A DNA stretch of 62,195 nucleotides, the filler included, from Squatina squatina (Eukaryota), in the NCBI GenBank assembly GCA_031763465.1. It is 3 parts of 3 records of this genome, joined end to end, with 100 filler letters (N's around TTAATTAATTAA, not from the genome) between each part and the next. Parts side by side here need not be neighbours in the genome. Positions count along the whole stretch, not along the records: positions 20,815 to 40,784 come from JARFOE010000057.1; 2 more parts are not named here. One strand, 5' to 3'. The position numbers were made by a program, and so were the translations under genes. Below, piece after piece: positions 24,726 to 39,355 of the stretch (position 1 is its first letter; every line of letters begins with the position of its first letter). The notes below the pieces were generated by a model. The model was not told the DNA's origin, made no database searches, and saw only the letters and a list, made by a program, of their open reading frames with translations.

Positions 24726-27700
24726 ATCTTCAAAATATTGTCTCAAGGATAAGGATCAGGCACAAGATGTAATATGGACAATCTATGGAAATTCTACACT
24801 ATTAATTTTAGCTTTTTCTATTTTAGAGGGNNNNNNNNNNNNNNNNNNNNNNNNNNNNNNNNNNNNNNNNNNNNNNNNNNNNNNNNNNNNNNNNNNNNNN
24901 NNNNNNNNNNNNNNNNNNNNNNNNNNNNNNAAAAATGGCATAAAAGATGTCCCTACCCCCAAGTGGTTATTTAAATTAAGTGCCTACTTGTTTGAGATGG
25001 CCACCTCTTGAAGGCATTGGCCCCAACTCCCCCTAAATCATCCCACAGCACCAAGTGGAGAGTTCTGCTGGGAAGCAACTCTCCCACCCATTTTCTGCTA
25101 CTTGAGTTATGCCAGTACATCAGGCACGAAAGCTCATTAAAGTTGCACATCAGATTCGGCAGTGCTATTGCCATACATAGCGTCTGATACTCAGTCAATG
25201 GAACTGAATATCCGGTGCTGCGGATAACGGGCAGCCAATCCGATAGTGTCCGCTTAGCGCCACCACCAGAGACAAATTTCTAGGCCATGGGCGTTTTGTG
25301 TTCTGGGTTCATTTTATTGCACTAACATTTCAAAAATAACATTGTTTTCAGTATGATTACTGGACTTTTTTGTATAGTTGATAATCTACGATATTATGAT
25401 AAAGGAACAGAGAAAGTTCTAGTGAGAGAAAGTGTTCTACTGAGAGGGCTTTTCTGTATCATGGTATAAAAGAGCACAAAACTCCTGAGTGTAGCAACAT
25501 CCCAGTGATTAGTCTCTAAGCGAGAGGACAGACCTATCCTAAAGCATGCAGACAAGAAGGAATTAATGTTTCAAATTAATATTTTGCTTTAAATAACATG
25601 CAGTTTGTTTAAATTAAGGTTGATTGCCTGACTATCAGAACGAGCTCAGAAAGGATTTTTCAGTCATGGCATGGTGCAGTAAGTTAAACTCCCGCATGTT
25701 GGACTGATTGTCTCCTCTGCATCACTAGATTTCCAGCGTATAGGTCATGTAATCGAGCAGACTCTAGTGACACGCACTTGGTTATTACAACAGTGCAACA
25801 TAAACAGACATAAAAAAGGACAGGTTATGTTTTGGCATAAGCAAATGTTATTCAGGTTAACAAAAGCTTATTTGGAGTGAGTATTCAAATCAGCCCAAGA
25901 GTTCATTTCACACATCAGTGACCTAAACTGGGAGGTTCTCAGACTTCAATTCAACATGTAATGTAACTAAAGGCCCATTCATACTACAGCTGCAGATGAC
26001 AGAGATTTGTGGTCTATTTGCATCAAGTTATTCAGGGAAAGAATCAAAAAGGTGCAGAAATTAACTGAAGTAAAAATGGACACCCATGTACAATTGGAGC
26101 TCAATGCAAACCTGTCCAATCTAATCGCCAATCAGTGCACACACACGATCAGCAGTCGGATGAAACAAAGCACCTTGATTAGTCTACTATGTCAAAAATA
26201 AATATCAGCATGGCTTTCCACCAGAAATTGCTTTGCACTGAAAGAACAGGTCACATAATAATTCAAGTGAAGTACAAAGAAACTACTGCCAACATCATTG
26301 GAGCAACTTCAGTTGTAATGGGGGAATACATAGTGTCAGCATTAAAAACAAAGCACCAACACTCAGTACCACAGGATCTATAATGAGGTTTTTAATCTCA
26401 TCGTAATGTTCAGACTTATGAAAAAAAACAGCTCGGATCACCACGCCACTGGAGTCTTCAGTGAGGTGCAACTCAATCTCTGGCCCGGAAATACAGGCAC
26501 GCCCAGGTTCCATTCCCTCACCTGAATGGCGAACCCAAAGCTCCCTAGATATTGGGTGTCAGGCCTCACTATAATAAAGCCGCTGGTGAGAGCTCACCAG
26601 TAAAGAGGAGTGCAAAAAGATCGTGCTGCTGCTAGCATTGCAGTGGCCCTCAGGGAAGTAGGCCCAGGGATCAGGACTATCGGGGGTCAGGTAGTGAGGG
26701 AGATCGAGGGTCAGGGCCAGGTCGGGTTGGACTGGCGGCAATCAGGGAAGAGCAGCAACTACGAGGTGAGGGAGTGGTTGCTGCAGCGCCAATCAGTCGT
26801 TTTAATGTAGGGTTGGGAGGAGCTTTCCTGATTCTCCCAGCTCCACATTCAGGTAAGTTACTGAGGGGCCAAAATTCCCTATCGCCCTGGTTGGGGGCGG
26901 TAACCTCTCTGGGGCCGGACATTCTGCGCCCAACGCAGAANNNNNNNNNNNNNNNNNNNNNNNNNNNNNNNNNNNNNNNNNNNNNNNNNNNNNNNNNNNN
27001 NNNNNNNNNNNNNNNNNNNNNNNNNNNNNNNNNNNNNNNNAAACAAGTTTCGTGAGAAGAGCTTACTTCAGTATTTGAAGAAAATAAAATAAGATGGCAC
27101 AATGCAATGCTGCTGTCAGTTTTACACCCAGGAGGAGCTCCCACAGCCTCCACCCTCACAATTCATTCCTTTGTTTTTGGGACAAGCCAAGACAGCCTTA
27201 ATCCATATAGTGAAAGAAACCAAATGTTTCACTGAAAGCAACAACACAACAATCTTTAGCAGAGGAAACCAGATTTAATGCCCACTTAAAAACTTGCCAG
27301 TATACAATTATGGTCCAAAGACTTGGCCAAAACACTTCCTTCAGAATCATCACACTATGAGCTTGCATTCCATTGTGGTCGTTAACATTTCGACAAAAAT
27401 AAATACTCCCAAGTTTCAATTGAGAAGCCAAAGTGTTTCCTAGCTTCTTGCACAGCTTAAAAACCTTCCCCTTCTAGTCGGATGTAACAAAGCTACATAA
27501 AATAGGGTGGGCCAGGATCCATTTTCCTGAAGCCCCCACATTTTCTACTGAAATGCAAGTCCAGGGTAGAGGAGGCCCAAGCTTTCCTTGTAGGGCCTGG
27601 AGGCAGCACCCCTGCTCCTATTGGCCCTACGAAAGGAGAGCTAAAACCTGACTCTGAATGGCCTCTTCTGAATTGAGCTCACCCAGCAGCAAAGTCACAG

Positions 27701-28305
27701 CTGCTTCTCCGCTCAGCTTAGAGTTAAAATAGCGGTCGGGGCCCAATGATGTCATCAGACTTGGGCTGCACACTTAGAAGCAGCGGCTCAAATTTCCTGT
27801 CAATCTTATCAGAACACGCACGACTGTAAAAATGGGTGCAAGTGAGCGAAAATAAGCGAAAACAAATGGGGCCCCAAGGAAAACACCGAACTCGCCATAT
27901 ATTCCTTCTTTCAGCATGAAAACCAAAGTTTCAACTCATTTAACCATCATTTGTGCACATGAGACACAGCATGTTTAGTTACCTGCAATTGGAAGTTTTT
28001 CAATTTTTAATGTGACATACTTATTACATAAAAATCCTTTAAGAGAAACCGATAGTGCAGTGACAGCAAGGATTAAAAAAAATTAACGCTCAAAAAATTG
28101 CAGTCAAAAGACAAGAAAAATAACTTTCCTTCTGTGCCTGTAAATCAGACCCCCGAACAAATACAATCCGAGGATGCTCACATTTGAGCATCAGGGTTGT
28201 CACCANNNNNNNNNNNNNNNNNNNNNNNNNNNNNNNNNNNNNNNNNNNNNNNNNNNNNNNNNNNNNNNNNNNNNNNNNNNNNNNNNNNNNNNNNNNNNNN
28301 NNNNN

Positions 28306-28918
28306 CCATATATGTAAAATATGTCAAAGTGAGACACCAGAGCCAGGGTGTCTGAAGGGATTTTAATCAACGAAGCAACAAAGTCGCTGTGCAACACATA
28401 ATCAAACATGGCAGAAGATTCAGGATCCTGCGGCAATTTTCGACTCGAAATAGTTGGAAAATAGTCTTGTTTGCCATCCACCGCAGTGCCGATAAAGAGT
28501 TTGCTGTCCGACCCCTCAGATGAGACAATTACACCATACATTGTCCCTGTTTCATTAACACTCGACAAGTAGTGTTCCTTCTTATGTGAAGGTTCTACCA
28601 ATATAAAGAGGTCATCCAGTCGCAGAAGCTTGCAGACTCCCTGAAAGAGACTCCCACAGGCCAGCAACCTATTCTCAGAGTAATCAATAAGCAGCAATTT
28701 GTTTACATTATTAGTCAGTGTTAGGGGCTCATTACAAGGCTGAACAATCAGCGGAGGATAGCAGGATTTGTTGTCCTCTTCTGGACCGGTATTGTGCGAC
28801 AATAATAGTGTTAAGTTGCTTGATAGTTTGTAAATCCGATTGACAGCTCCGACATAAACATTTCCTGTTATACTATGAACGGCCAAGTGGTTGAACGTCC
28901 AGTCCCGATTTCTGATGG
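28306..28918 (-). CDS. PLXNA2: Plexin A2, part of the large first coding exon (Sema domain); both ends lost in gaps
   Basis: About 200 aa without a stop: [95 protein letters not shown]. From recall of the paralogues, [24 protein letters not shown] and [11 protein letters not shown] are A2-specific. Confidence 0.93.
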
Positions 28919-29674
28919 NNNNNNNNNNNNNNNNNNNNNNNNNNNNNNNNNNNNNNNNNNNNNNNNNNNNNNNNNNNNNNNNNNNNNNNNNNNNNNNNNN
29001 NNNNNNNNNNNNNNNNNNCACTTTCAAAATGTCTGAGGTAAAATATGAAAAATGCGAGGGTTGTATAAAAGCCCTCCTTAATGACTGCCGATGACTTGAT
29101 GAACAACCTCAGCAGCTGGATCAGAAAGCTTAAAGTAATGGAATCAAGCTTTGGGGTGGGAGCCGGGATGGTGAAAAGCAACGCCAGAGATATAAAAGAA
29201 CACTGGAGGTATCCAACAGAGGAAGGGAGGTGAAGAACAAATGGAGATCAGTTACAAAATTGTCCAGTGACTGATGTGCCATAAAAATCAAAGCCTGCTC
29301 TAGAAAACCCGAACATTTTGAAAAAGGAACTATGCTGATGAGGAACAATTAAGTCTGATTGAAGGTGGGTCTTTCCTGCTTGATCTTTTGATGGGTCTTT
29401 CCCGCTTACTGACGCAGTAAATCTTTCCAGATTGTCAGGACCTTATAAAATCATCACCCTGCTACCAACGCAGATTAAAAACAGACTTCCCCTCAATATA
29501 TAGCACCTGCCATTTTCAAACAGCCTCAGCACAGATAACTATATTTTCTACCTGCTTTAAATTTTAATGCAACATGTTTCACAAGAATAGATGCAATAGG
29601 CATGTCACAACGTCACTGTACTTAACCATGAGGTTTGTGAGAGCAGTTAAAAGCAAGGATGCATTACACCATCA

Positions 29675-29901
29675 ACTTGTATTTATATGGCACCTTTAAC
29701 GTAGTAAAGGCGCTTCCGATGAGATGAAGAAGGACACCGAGCCACATAAGAATCACACAATTGCAGATGACCAAAAGCTTGGTCAAAGAGGCAGGTTTTA
29801 AGGAATGTCTTAAAAAGGAGGAAAGAGGCAGAAAGGTTTAGGCAGGGAATTCCAGAGCTTAGGGCCTCAGCAACAGAAGGCACGGCCATCAATGGTTGAG
29901 C
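29675..29901 (-). mobile_element. L2 LINE 3' end
   Basis: Tail CAACTTGTATTTATATGGCACCTTTAACGTAGTAAA, and a body matching 4931-5385. Confidence 0.8.
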
Positions 29902-31119
29902 NNNNNNNNNNNNNNNNNNNNNNNNNNNNNNNNNNNNNNNNNNNNNNNNNNNNNNNNNNNNNNNNNNNNNNNNNNNNNNNNNNNNNNNNNNNNNNNNNNN
30001 NCTACACGAAGAGCATTTGGGTTGTGCCAATCAATTTGCAATCAAAATACTCTTTGACTATTGAAATGGTTCAATACGCAGAGCTGTAACTCATTCTGCA
30101 CAGTCAACATATTGCTCTGCAATGCAATGAAAACACAGCTACCTAAAAATGACATGTTAGAGACTCCATTTGTCAGCCAATACATATTTCAACTGTCTAG
30201 CCAAGAACTTCATTTGAGTCACTGTAAAAACGTGTCAGTCTTCCACAGAATATAATCTGAAATAAAACAAACCTGCAAACACCTATTTCGCTGGCTGTTT
30301 GATTAATTAACTTCAATTATATTCAAGTCATAATACCAGAAACAAGACAATAATCTTCTCAAACTAGCATAGAGCAATTGAGCCGAGTGGCCTATTTCTA
30401 TGTTGTCAAGTCTGTGCAACTCATCAAGACAAAAAAAGCCAGGTTTCAGTAAATGCGCATTTTTTAAAACAAACAAAATGCGTGCAATTTAGCAATCCAA
30501 CGACACCAAAAGTTAGATCAGGATGTTCACACTACAAGTGACGGACCATGTGCAGCTACTGGATTTGCCTCCAGACCATCCAATATTGCAGTGACCTGGA
30601 TCCAACGAGCTGCAGTAGGATGCTAGATTGGGGCGTACAGCTTGCTTGCAGCGTATTCGAAGCCCTACCCTCAAAATATACCTCAAAGACCAGGCAGCTG
30701 GCCCACAAGCTGCAGTGGCCAGGTGCCCGAGGGTTAAAAACACCTAGACTGCATTTTAGAAATGCCTCCGAGAAGGTCCCCAACACACATCTTCCCCTCT
30801 TCTCTCCATTTTCTGATGGGACATTTTGCTCCGTGACACCTGAGATCACACTTGCAACAGCAATTTACACACACTTCCTCGATCATAGCATAGTTTGATT
30901 GTTGCATGTGATGTGCAATCCTATACAAGTTAGGTGATTACTCTACGCAGGTTAGGTGACCACTTTGTTGAACAATTCTGTCTGGAAGTACGACCCCCAA
31001 GCTTCTTGTTAGTCATTTCAATTCTCCATCCCATTCGCAATTTGACTTCTCTGTCTTTGGCCTTATACACTTGTGCATACTGAGGAGAACCTGAACAAGG
31101 AACAGAATCTTCAGCTGAA

Positions 31120-31433
31120 AAACAGCCACAAGGTGGGACTTCCTGCGCCAGGTGCAGAAGTCCTGCCTCGCCAACTAAATTGGGCTTACTGTCCCCGAGA
31201 GGAAGTGGAGCACAAAGTCCTGCAGCTGCCTCATGGGGCGCTACCGAATTTTTGCTCCAGGGCAAAAAACGGGTCACTGCGCACGATGATCATTGCAAGT
31301 GCAGTGGCCCGGGGTGTTACCGGAAGGAGCTGGCTGCTACAGGTTAGCGCTGCCGCTAAACTCCTGTGGAATTTCGTGGGAGTCGGTAGTGGCGCCGCTA
31401 ATGTGAGATGCAGTTGAGTTGAATTTTTCCCCC
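31120..31433. mobile_element. GC-rich MITE fragment (right end)
   Basis: Ends TGAGTTGAATTTTTCCCCC; CpG-rich body. Confidence 0.5.
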
Positions 31434-32346
31434 TAGTTTCCTAAACCACCTCTGTGGAGAAGTGGAAACCAACTCAAAGTAGGAAAGAATAACAGGGTGG
31501 ATTAGAACGATATGTGAATGTGTCTTCAAAAATGCATTGCAGCATGGGTATGGTGATCCGATAACATCAGCACTGATGACCTCACATGGGCATCAGAATG
31601 TTTTTTAATGTGTTTTAATGTGTGTGTGATTAAAGAGAGTTTTGAATCGAGACCCTAGATTCACAAAACGAGCGATATAGATTTAAAACACGTTCTTAAT
31701 ATTTAGTGAAGCCTGAAGTACCAGTGAATCTTCTGTAATTATAGCATGCAAGGTTTCCAGTCACATTTCCGTGGCATTCAGCTGCTGCTCTAGTGGTGGT
31801 GCTGTAACATCAGAGAGTGAATCAATTGAATAAGAAAGTTCACTAAATACTGTTTGCTGGGTACTTAATTTTTCCAGGTTTAAATCTGAAGCAAGTCAAA
31901 AATCTTGATTTCTAAAAGCGAAAGTCACACCAAAGTGGGATAATCATAGAAGTTATTGCACAAAAGGATCTTGCCTGTTCCAGTTCGAGCTCTTCACCTG
32001 GAACCAACCACTTTCCTGCCTTTTTTCCATCACATTTTAGACTCCTTTTCAAATAATTAGCTAATTTCCTGTTAATTCTGTTATAATCTGCCCTCAATAG
32101 CCACCTGTGGCAAAGTATTCCATGTTCTAATAATCTGAGTGGAGAAAAAACTGCTAACATCCCCCTTCGAAAATGTTGTGATCGTTGTTTCAAATAATAT
32201 GTACAGAATTATGTATTTGGTAACTACTTATCGATTATTGGCGGATTAAATTTACAAGAATCGCATTGTAGTAATAAAACATCAATATGGATTTTCACAC
32301 ATCAACTGAATGGAGTTCTGATGCAAGGTCATCGACCTGAAACGTT

Positions 32347-32656
32347 AAGGGCGGCCAATTCGAGGGAAAACTTTTGGCGCGAAATCAGCGCGAAACGGGC
32401 GTAAAGGCATTTTAGGCATGAAAACGCGGGCGCAAAATTTGGATCCCATTTGCGCTGGTGCAAAACGGGCGCAAGTCCCATAAAGCTTGAAGCGCTGGCT
32501 GAAGTGTAATCGCGGTGCTATGATGTCATAAGTGAGTGCGGTGCCCAAAATGGCCACCCGTCCGAAATTGCACAGTGTCAGTGTGCACTAAATCCAGCGG
32601 TGACAACGCCTACATTTTTCAGCGGTGACACGGGCCTCACCTCAGATAATGCAGCG
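32347..32656. mobile_element. CpG-rich MITE-like element, cut by a gap
   Basis: Abrupt switch to CpG-rich sequence with repeated GGCGC(A/G)AA motifs. It follows a Penelope-type remnant (GGTCATCGACCTGAAACGTTA). Confidence 0.5.
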
Positions 32657-35600
32657 NNNNNNNNNNNNNNNNNNNNNNNNNNNNNNNNNNNNNNNNNNNN
32701 NNNNNNNNNNNNNNNNNNNNNNNNNNNNNNNNNNNNNNNNNNNNNNNNNNNNNNNNGTACATAAAAAGGTAAATTATTTTGGGATTTACAGGATTTTTAA
32801 AATGGAATAAGCAAAATTTCTACTAATGTAATTGATTCGGTCAAAGCGGAGTTACATAGATCTTTATAATAAAGTAATACATCTCTTAAGTAATCTTGAT
32901 CACAGTGTGTATGGCTATGTCCTTAGAGAGTATTGCACTGTGCAATACAGTTAATCCCTCAAGCACACAGTGACTAGCAAATTAATCTTCTGATTGCTGA
33001 ATTTCCTTTGANNNNNNNNNNTGCTGCATTACCAAATGCCATGAGTGATCACTAGTTATAATGAGTATTTTCACACGACACGGTGTAATAGATAATGGTA
33101 GCACATTATGCAAAAATGTTAAGCACAAAAACTATTTCTTTTAGTTCTGTAAATTGCATTCCTCAGAGCTAGCAAGCGCTGGAGAAAGACGGATGTACTT
33201 CCATCTCAGCAACATGATCACTCACCGCAATACAGCAATGCAAAACAGTACAGAGCACAGTGCCTTCCTCCATTAGACTAAATATGCGCCCTAACCTCAA
33301 AAAGCACTCTTATTTCCCATAGTTATGTGACATTTTCATTCACAGGCTTGCTTTGGAACAAGATTACTGAATGAGTATGAGACTATATGATAAATCTATA
33401 GGTAATTCTCTTATGCGGGCTGGTGTCCATTGTGGACTAGAGCCTGCTCAAAATCTTTTGCAGTGGGAAACATTTGGATAATGTCTGACGACTTCTACAG
33501 CAGATATTGCTCACTTTTAGTGAGCCCTGAGTGAGCCGTTGCTCAGCTTTCCTCTCTGCACTTCTGTCTCGAATGTAAGACGACTTATAGTTTAAATTAG
33601 CTTAAAATCACTTTAAAGGTGATGAAATAAGAAATAGCATTTCTTTTGGAGACTTTCAGTTGTTTGCAAGCTGTTTCAAGGGTTAACCTTAATTCTATGT
33701 ATGATAGCTGGGCATTAGTGCTGACGGGGGCCACAGCAGCTGTTGAAATGCTATCACGGTAATGGCACCAATGCAGTTAACATAAATATATGTTTGGATT
33801 GGCGAGGTCACTGCTCAAACAGACTTTGTTTTTTTTTTAAATACACACACAGCAGCAGAATAGTAACTGGTGAAATTCACAACAGGAGTTGGGAACTGGT
33901 GTATGTTGAACTCGAGAAAAGGGGATCGAACGAACAAGCACAGAATGCAAAGTCACCCCACCAAAAACAACCCTCTCTGCGACTCGACAATACTCAAGCC
34001 AATAACCTGATCACAGACATCAGTGCAACTCACAGCCGCACCAACCTTTACAATCCTCCGCCAGTTATAATGTCCCATTTGGTTTAGTCCCCATTTTAGA
34101 AATTTTTCAGCAATGCTATCACCATACCCTGCTGTAACAGTTTGAGTTTCAGCAAGTATACAGTGACTACTTTTTTCTTGTTTCCACTGCTGAAATTAGT
34201 TCCATTATTTAATGTTACTGACTCCTTCCTGACANNNNNNNNNNNNNNNNNNNNNNNNNNNNNNNNNNNNNNNNNNNNNNNNNNNNNNNNNNNNNNNNNN
34301 NNNNNNNNNNNNNNNNNNNNNNNNNNNNNNNNNNTCCTTTGTACCTATTTTAGATTTTTTTGGAATGTTTTTAAATTCTTTAGAACCATTTTATTTTTTT
34401 TGAGAAGGAAGATAGAACTAGCAGGCTGAAATGTTTCCAGTCCTTGTGCAGACCAGTCATGCTGCAATGTAGCATGTTTCCTCAAAAGAACACAGCAGTG
34501 GAATCTCCATTAGTTATGATAGAGGGGTTTACCCTGATTGATAATGAAAATTGACGGATAATCAAGTCCACAATCTCTGGTCTTACCCAAATAGGACAAT
34601 ACCCTAGGGCATGGGGGATGAAGACAAGCATAATACAAAAACAAAGTAAACCTAATCTTTCTTAGTTTGAAAGGTTGGTTCAGGTTAGACAGGAGGAGGT
34701 TGGCATTTGCAGTGAGGCAATTGGTCATTCAAAACTTTGTCTCAAGAAAATCCTGGCGGATAATCAATGAAGAGGATAATTGGAATAATGATAATGGAGA
34801 TCATGCAACACCAAGATCTAACCACTGAAGTTAGACTTTAACTCAATTTCTGTTCATTAAAAATGCTAAAATGAAACACTGACCCATCAGTATAATTTTA
34901 ATAATATCATTTTTAATGAATAAATTATAATCCAGAATTCAAGAATTCAAAATCCTAAATATGCATATTGATAAGATACCATCACTTTCCTCTTTTCAAA
35001 TGAACCACTCAGTCTCATCCATATTTCTTGTATTCCGTTTGACTTATGAAGCCATCCAAAGAAAGCAACATAAATTTTGATGACATAAAGTACATAGTTA
35101 AGGACTTCAAACATTGCACATTCAATGAGTTTCCAATTNNNNNNNNNNNNNNNNNNNNNNNNNNNNNNNNNNNNNNNNNNNNNNNNNNNNNNNNNNNNNN
35201 NNNNNNNNNNNNNNNNNNNNNNNNNNNNNNNNNNNNNNGTTTTTGCTTTCTTTCCGTCCTGCGTCCAGTTATCCCCTCTGCATCTGAGATTCTGCATATA
35301 AACACCTCAGTGGACATGGTCAGTGATGATTCCTATGCCACCAGGAGGCACATTTGAGCAGTACAATTGTCCTCCACTTCCATTACTACTGACAATTTCT
35401 CTCTTGGTAGAACAATCTGACCCCGAAAGAGACGCTCAAGGGTGAATGTCAGTTAAAGAAAAAGAAAGGAAAGGCAAAATAAAAAGTCTGGAAAGATATC
35501 ACCAGGAATAGGTTTTAAAATTGCTTTTGGATAGATAGTAATTCAGGTCATTTGTAAGAAGAAATACTGCTTTGGGGCATTCTCCCATCCCAGCATATTC

Positions 35601-38600
35601 TGTGTTTTCCCTTTGAATTTACCTCTATAGCTGTAGCATATACAATGTAATTAAACAGATCCCTTTTGGCTAAATCCATCAGTAGACCAGAGTAACAGGA
35701 ACAGACATCTGTTACTGCTATGCATTGATCCAACAACCCCGTCGATGTGCAGAGAACTGAACACTATCTGCTACACGCTGTCAGGATATAAGTAAATGCA
35801 CTGTACAACAACTTCAATATATACAGACTCCCCACATTATGTTTTTATTCACAGATTTTCCCTATTCTTGTCAATCCAGATCAACAAACATCTCTCTCTC
35901 TCTACCTTGTTACTGACAATGGTTTTCACTGCAGTTTTCCCTTGTTACTGTCTATTTTTCTGCACCCCTCGTGTTGTACAGCACTTCCCTTTTACCTACT
36001 CACTGTACACCCATGCTCCAATTATCTCAGATTAACCTGGAGTGCAGAGGCCCACAAGAATTGCATTTTTCTGAATTAATTTCTTTTAAAAGCCAAAAGG
36101 ACATCATACCCAACTATAGTTTTTTTTTAAAAAGTCAAATTGAAACAACCCACTGGCAATAAAAAGGACTGATAAAACAGCTTTAAAAAGTGATTGGTCA
36201 TCACCAACTCACAAGCTACATTTTAAAATGCTTAATTCGCCCTTGTTGAAAAACTATTAGGAATCAAATTGACAGATTGATTACAATTTCATTATAGTTG
36301 GAGCCTCCCATCTGCTTGTCTCGAATCTGCCATCAGTCACTTTCCCTCTCAGTGCCTGGCTCTCCATCCTCTGTTTGGAGTGCAGTGTACTCTGGATGGA
36401 GCAAAATCAACCAAAAATCCACAATTGCTAACCTGTATCCTCACCCACCCCAAAATAAAACCCTCTCTCATTTTACAGCGCTGCTGATCTAAGTCTCCAG
36501 CTTTCAGGGTGAACGAGTTCACAGTGTGTTATTTTTTGGGGAGGGGGTGAACCTGCGTGTGTCTCTCTCCCAGGACCATCTGTCTCACTCTGTGAGTCTC
36601 AGCTCTGTGTGACTGTGTGCAGACAGGGTTCCCAGTACCTCTCCCCCAGCAACTGAGTCAGTGGAGCAACTTGTGTGCCTAGCCTCTCTCTCTCTCTGTA
36701 CCCCNNNNNNNNNNNNNNNNNNNNNNNNNNNNNNNNNNNNNNNNNNNNNNNNNNNNNNNNNNNNNNNNNNNNNNNNNNNNNNNNNNNNNNNNNNNNNNNN
36801 NNNNATGGAGACATGCATGATCCATTTTCTCTAAGGCAAGCAATTTACAGAAGATAAAGTGACATGATTTCCCACTGCGTGGCAGAAAGCTCACTATTAA
36901 ATCCAGGCTTTACCCAGGTATAGTCAGAACTTTGGCTGAAATATTCTGTTTCTCCCATGCACAGAGACATGATTTGTATTCCTTTTATTTGAATCTGTAG
37001 GACACGTACTCATGGGCAAAACAAAATCAATAATAAATATATAAGTGAGGCAGGCTTATCAAAGGCATCCATGCTATGAGTAGGGGTTCAAGCTTTGCAT
37101 GTGTCGGTCTGGAGGAACTCAAATTAAAACTGCATGCATCACACAAACTGAGATTTCTTTTTGAAAATCAAAGGAGGTATTCATAACTGGCTCTTACCTC
37201 ATTCATTAGGACTAAAATCACTGACCCTAAGAAATAACGTATTATATTTCATGTTTTCAAATCAAGTACATACACTGGGATCCTGCTATAGCGCAGAGCC
37301 GGGTTTTAACGCGGGTCTGGGTTGGATCTNNNNNNNNNNNNNNNNNNNNNNNNNNNNNNNNNNNNNNNNNNNNNNNNNNNNNNNNNNNNNNNNNNNNNNN
37401 NNNNNNNNNNNNNNNNNNNNNNNNNNNNNTTCGTGCCAATAGGGGAATCACAATTTTCTTTCTCTTCAATTCTCATTCCTCCATTGCTTGTCTCCTCCTT
37501 TTGACACTGTTAGATTAATTTTCTCCCCAAGAGCTCAGAATAGGTTGCAATACTAAAGCAATTTTCAGTTGCTATGAAATGGCCAGCTTGCATTTCATTT
37601 ATCACCCCCTGCTGTTGGTAACAATTCAGCCCACACTGAATCCTGCTGTAATTTTGCTTTCCACAGCGATAAGAGTTCACACAGGGGGCTGGGAGGTGGG
37701 GGACAGAGGCTGCCCAAGGGGCTTGCTAGTGAGTAAAGATGCGACTGTCACATTTAGTCACAGCAGTAATTAGAAAATTCCCCTGGATATATAAACAGAA
37801 ACATTCAATAGTCCACTCCAAATTACAGCAAAAAAGACCAAAATGAGAAAAATCTGCCACTTCACGAAAAAATGATGGATCACACCCGTCTTACCAGAAT
37901 ATTCCACGGGCTGAATTAACTGATGCTTCCAAGTTTTCTTTATGAAGCAGCTGGTTCTCTTCCAATCCCAAATGAAGCAAAGGAGATTTGCACAATAATT
38001 GTGCCATTACAATGGAAATGACAATAAAATTCTGTTTAGGGCGATGATTCATCCATCATTGATCTCATGAACAAATTGATTCTGTAATTCTCTGGATCCT
38101 TGAATTTTATTCAGTATTAATCTTTCACACAGAAACAAACAGCTACTTATGCCTATCAAACACAGCCTCAGGTGTATAGGCAAGTAAACAGATTCATTAT
38201 TGTATTGTTCGCTGTTCCTAGGATTTTTTGACAGGGCACAGTAACTACAATAAAACAACCAACTTCAGAGAGTCACCCCCTGAGCCAAATATCTCTAACT
38301 TTTCTGCACCAATGGCATCCAAACTTACGTATCTCCCTTTATCTCCTGAAGCAATTGAAGCTTTGCTGGGACATGGGTCCATCGGAGCCGGCTAACGTGC
38401 TTGGTCTCACTCGACTGCCCATTTTCACNNNNNNNNNNNNNNNNNNNNNNNNNNNNNNNNNNNNNNNNNNNNNNNNNNNNNNNNNNNNNNNNNNNNNNNN
38501 NNNNNNNNNNNNNNNNNNNNNNNNNNNNATAACATTTCTACATTTTGTTGGATTGCACTTGGTACCGGTGTTTCTTGGATCAGAACCATTACTGGCACCT

Positions 38601-38655
38601 GGAATGTTTTTGAAACTGAACTATTCGGGTGATTGAGCCATTGCACACATTAGAT

Positions 38656-38991
38656 ATGGGTGCTGTTTTAGCCTTCCATCTGGAGATACAGCAACATCAA
38701 TGGATGCACCTGGGACAGAGGCGTAGGCCTCCATTACAGCAGAGGGAGATAAGGGTTCGACCCAATGAGCTGAGGAATGAGCAACCAGATGGCCATGATG
38801 ATGAGCATGGTCACGCAGGAGAAGATGTGGCTCAGGCACCAGATCCAGGGCAGCATCAGCAGCCAAGGCAGAAAGAAGGTCACCCTAGATGGTGTCAAGG
38901 GCGTGGAAATAGGAGGAGATATGCTCACAGAGTATTCCAGCAGCACAACACCTATCTGCACATGACTGATGAGCAGTGTCTCAGGAGTTAA
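38656..38991 (+). mobile_element. N-terminal part of a Harbinger transposase
   Basis: Reads MGAVL..Q/E/H-rich..RRRYAHRVFQQHNTYLHMTDEQCLR. This parallels RRRQYP..SFLDLPEEQCFRR in the copy at 149-808. Truncated before the DDE core. Confidence 0.75.
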
Positions 38992-39112
38992 AAAGCCACC
39001 TCATTATCATTTTACTTTTAGGTTTCGCATTCTTAGTGTCAGTGGACGTGATGATGATACGCATGACGCGAGTTCAACTCTAGTATTTAAAGGGACACTC
39101 CAAACACCCAAT

Positions 39113-39355
39113 TTGAAGGAGTATAGGTGGGCAAAGGCTGCGGCACACTTCAACGACACTTCCCTGGATGTGTTGTTGTGGGCTATTAGGGCTCGGAGGG
39201 AGATACTCTTCTCTATTGATAGGAGGAAGAAGCCTGATGGTGACACAAAGAAGGCGTGTTTGGAGGTTGCCCAGGAGGTCAGCAGCAGGAGCCTGATGCC
39301 ATGCTCCTGGATTCAATGCAGAAAGCACTTTCGTGACCTAAGCAGGGCAAGAAAG
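39113..39355 (+). mobile_element. Harbinger Myb/SANT-like DNA-binding ORF, exon 1 (NAIF1/MSANTD-like)
   Basis: Reads KAAAHFNDTSLDVLLWAIRARREILF..TKKACLEVAQEVSSRS..SWIQCRKHFRDL..RK, then the donor AAG|GTGAGT. A TATA-like TATTTAAA lies at 39084-39091. No ATG; the conserved Trp of KAW is replaced by Cys. Confidence 0.8.

Noticed and set aside
23274-31433. Inverted GGGGAAAATTCAACTCA termini flanking the PLXNA2 exon, as if a transposon had captured it
   Set aside because: Several gaps intervene, the flanks show no shared TSD (TGT versus TAG), and such MITE ends are abundant. Two independent copies are the simpler explanation.
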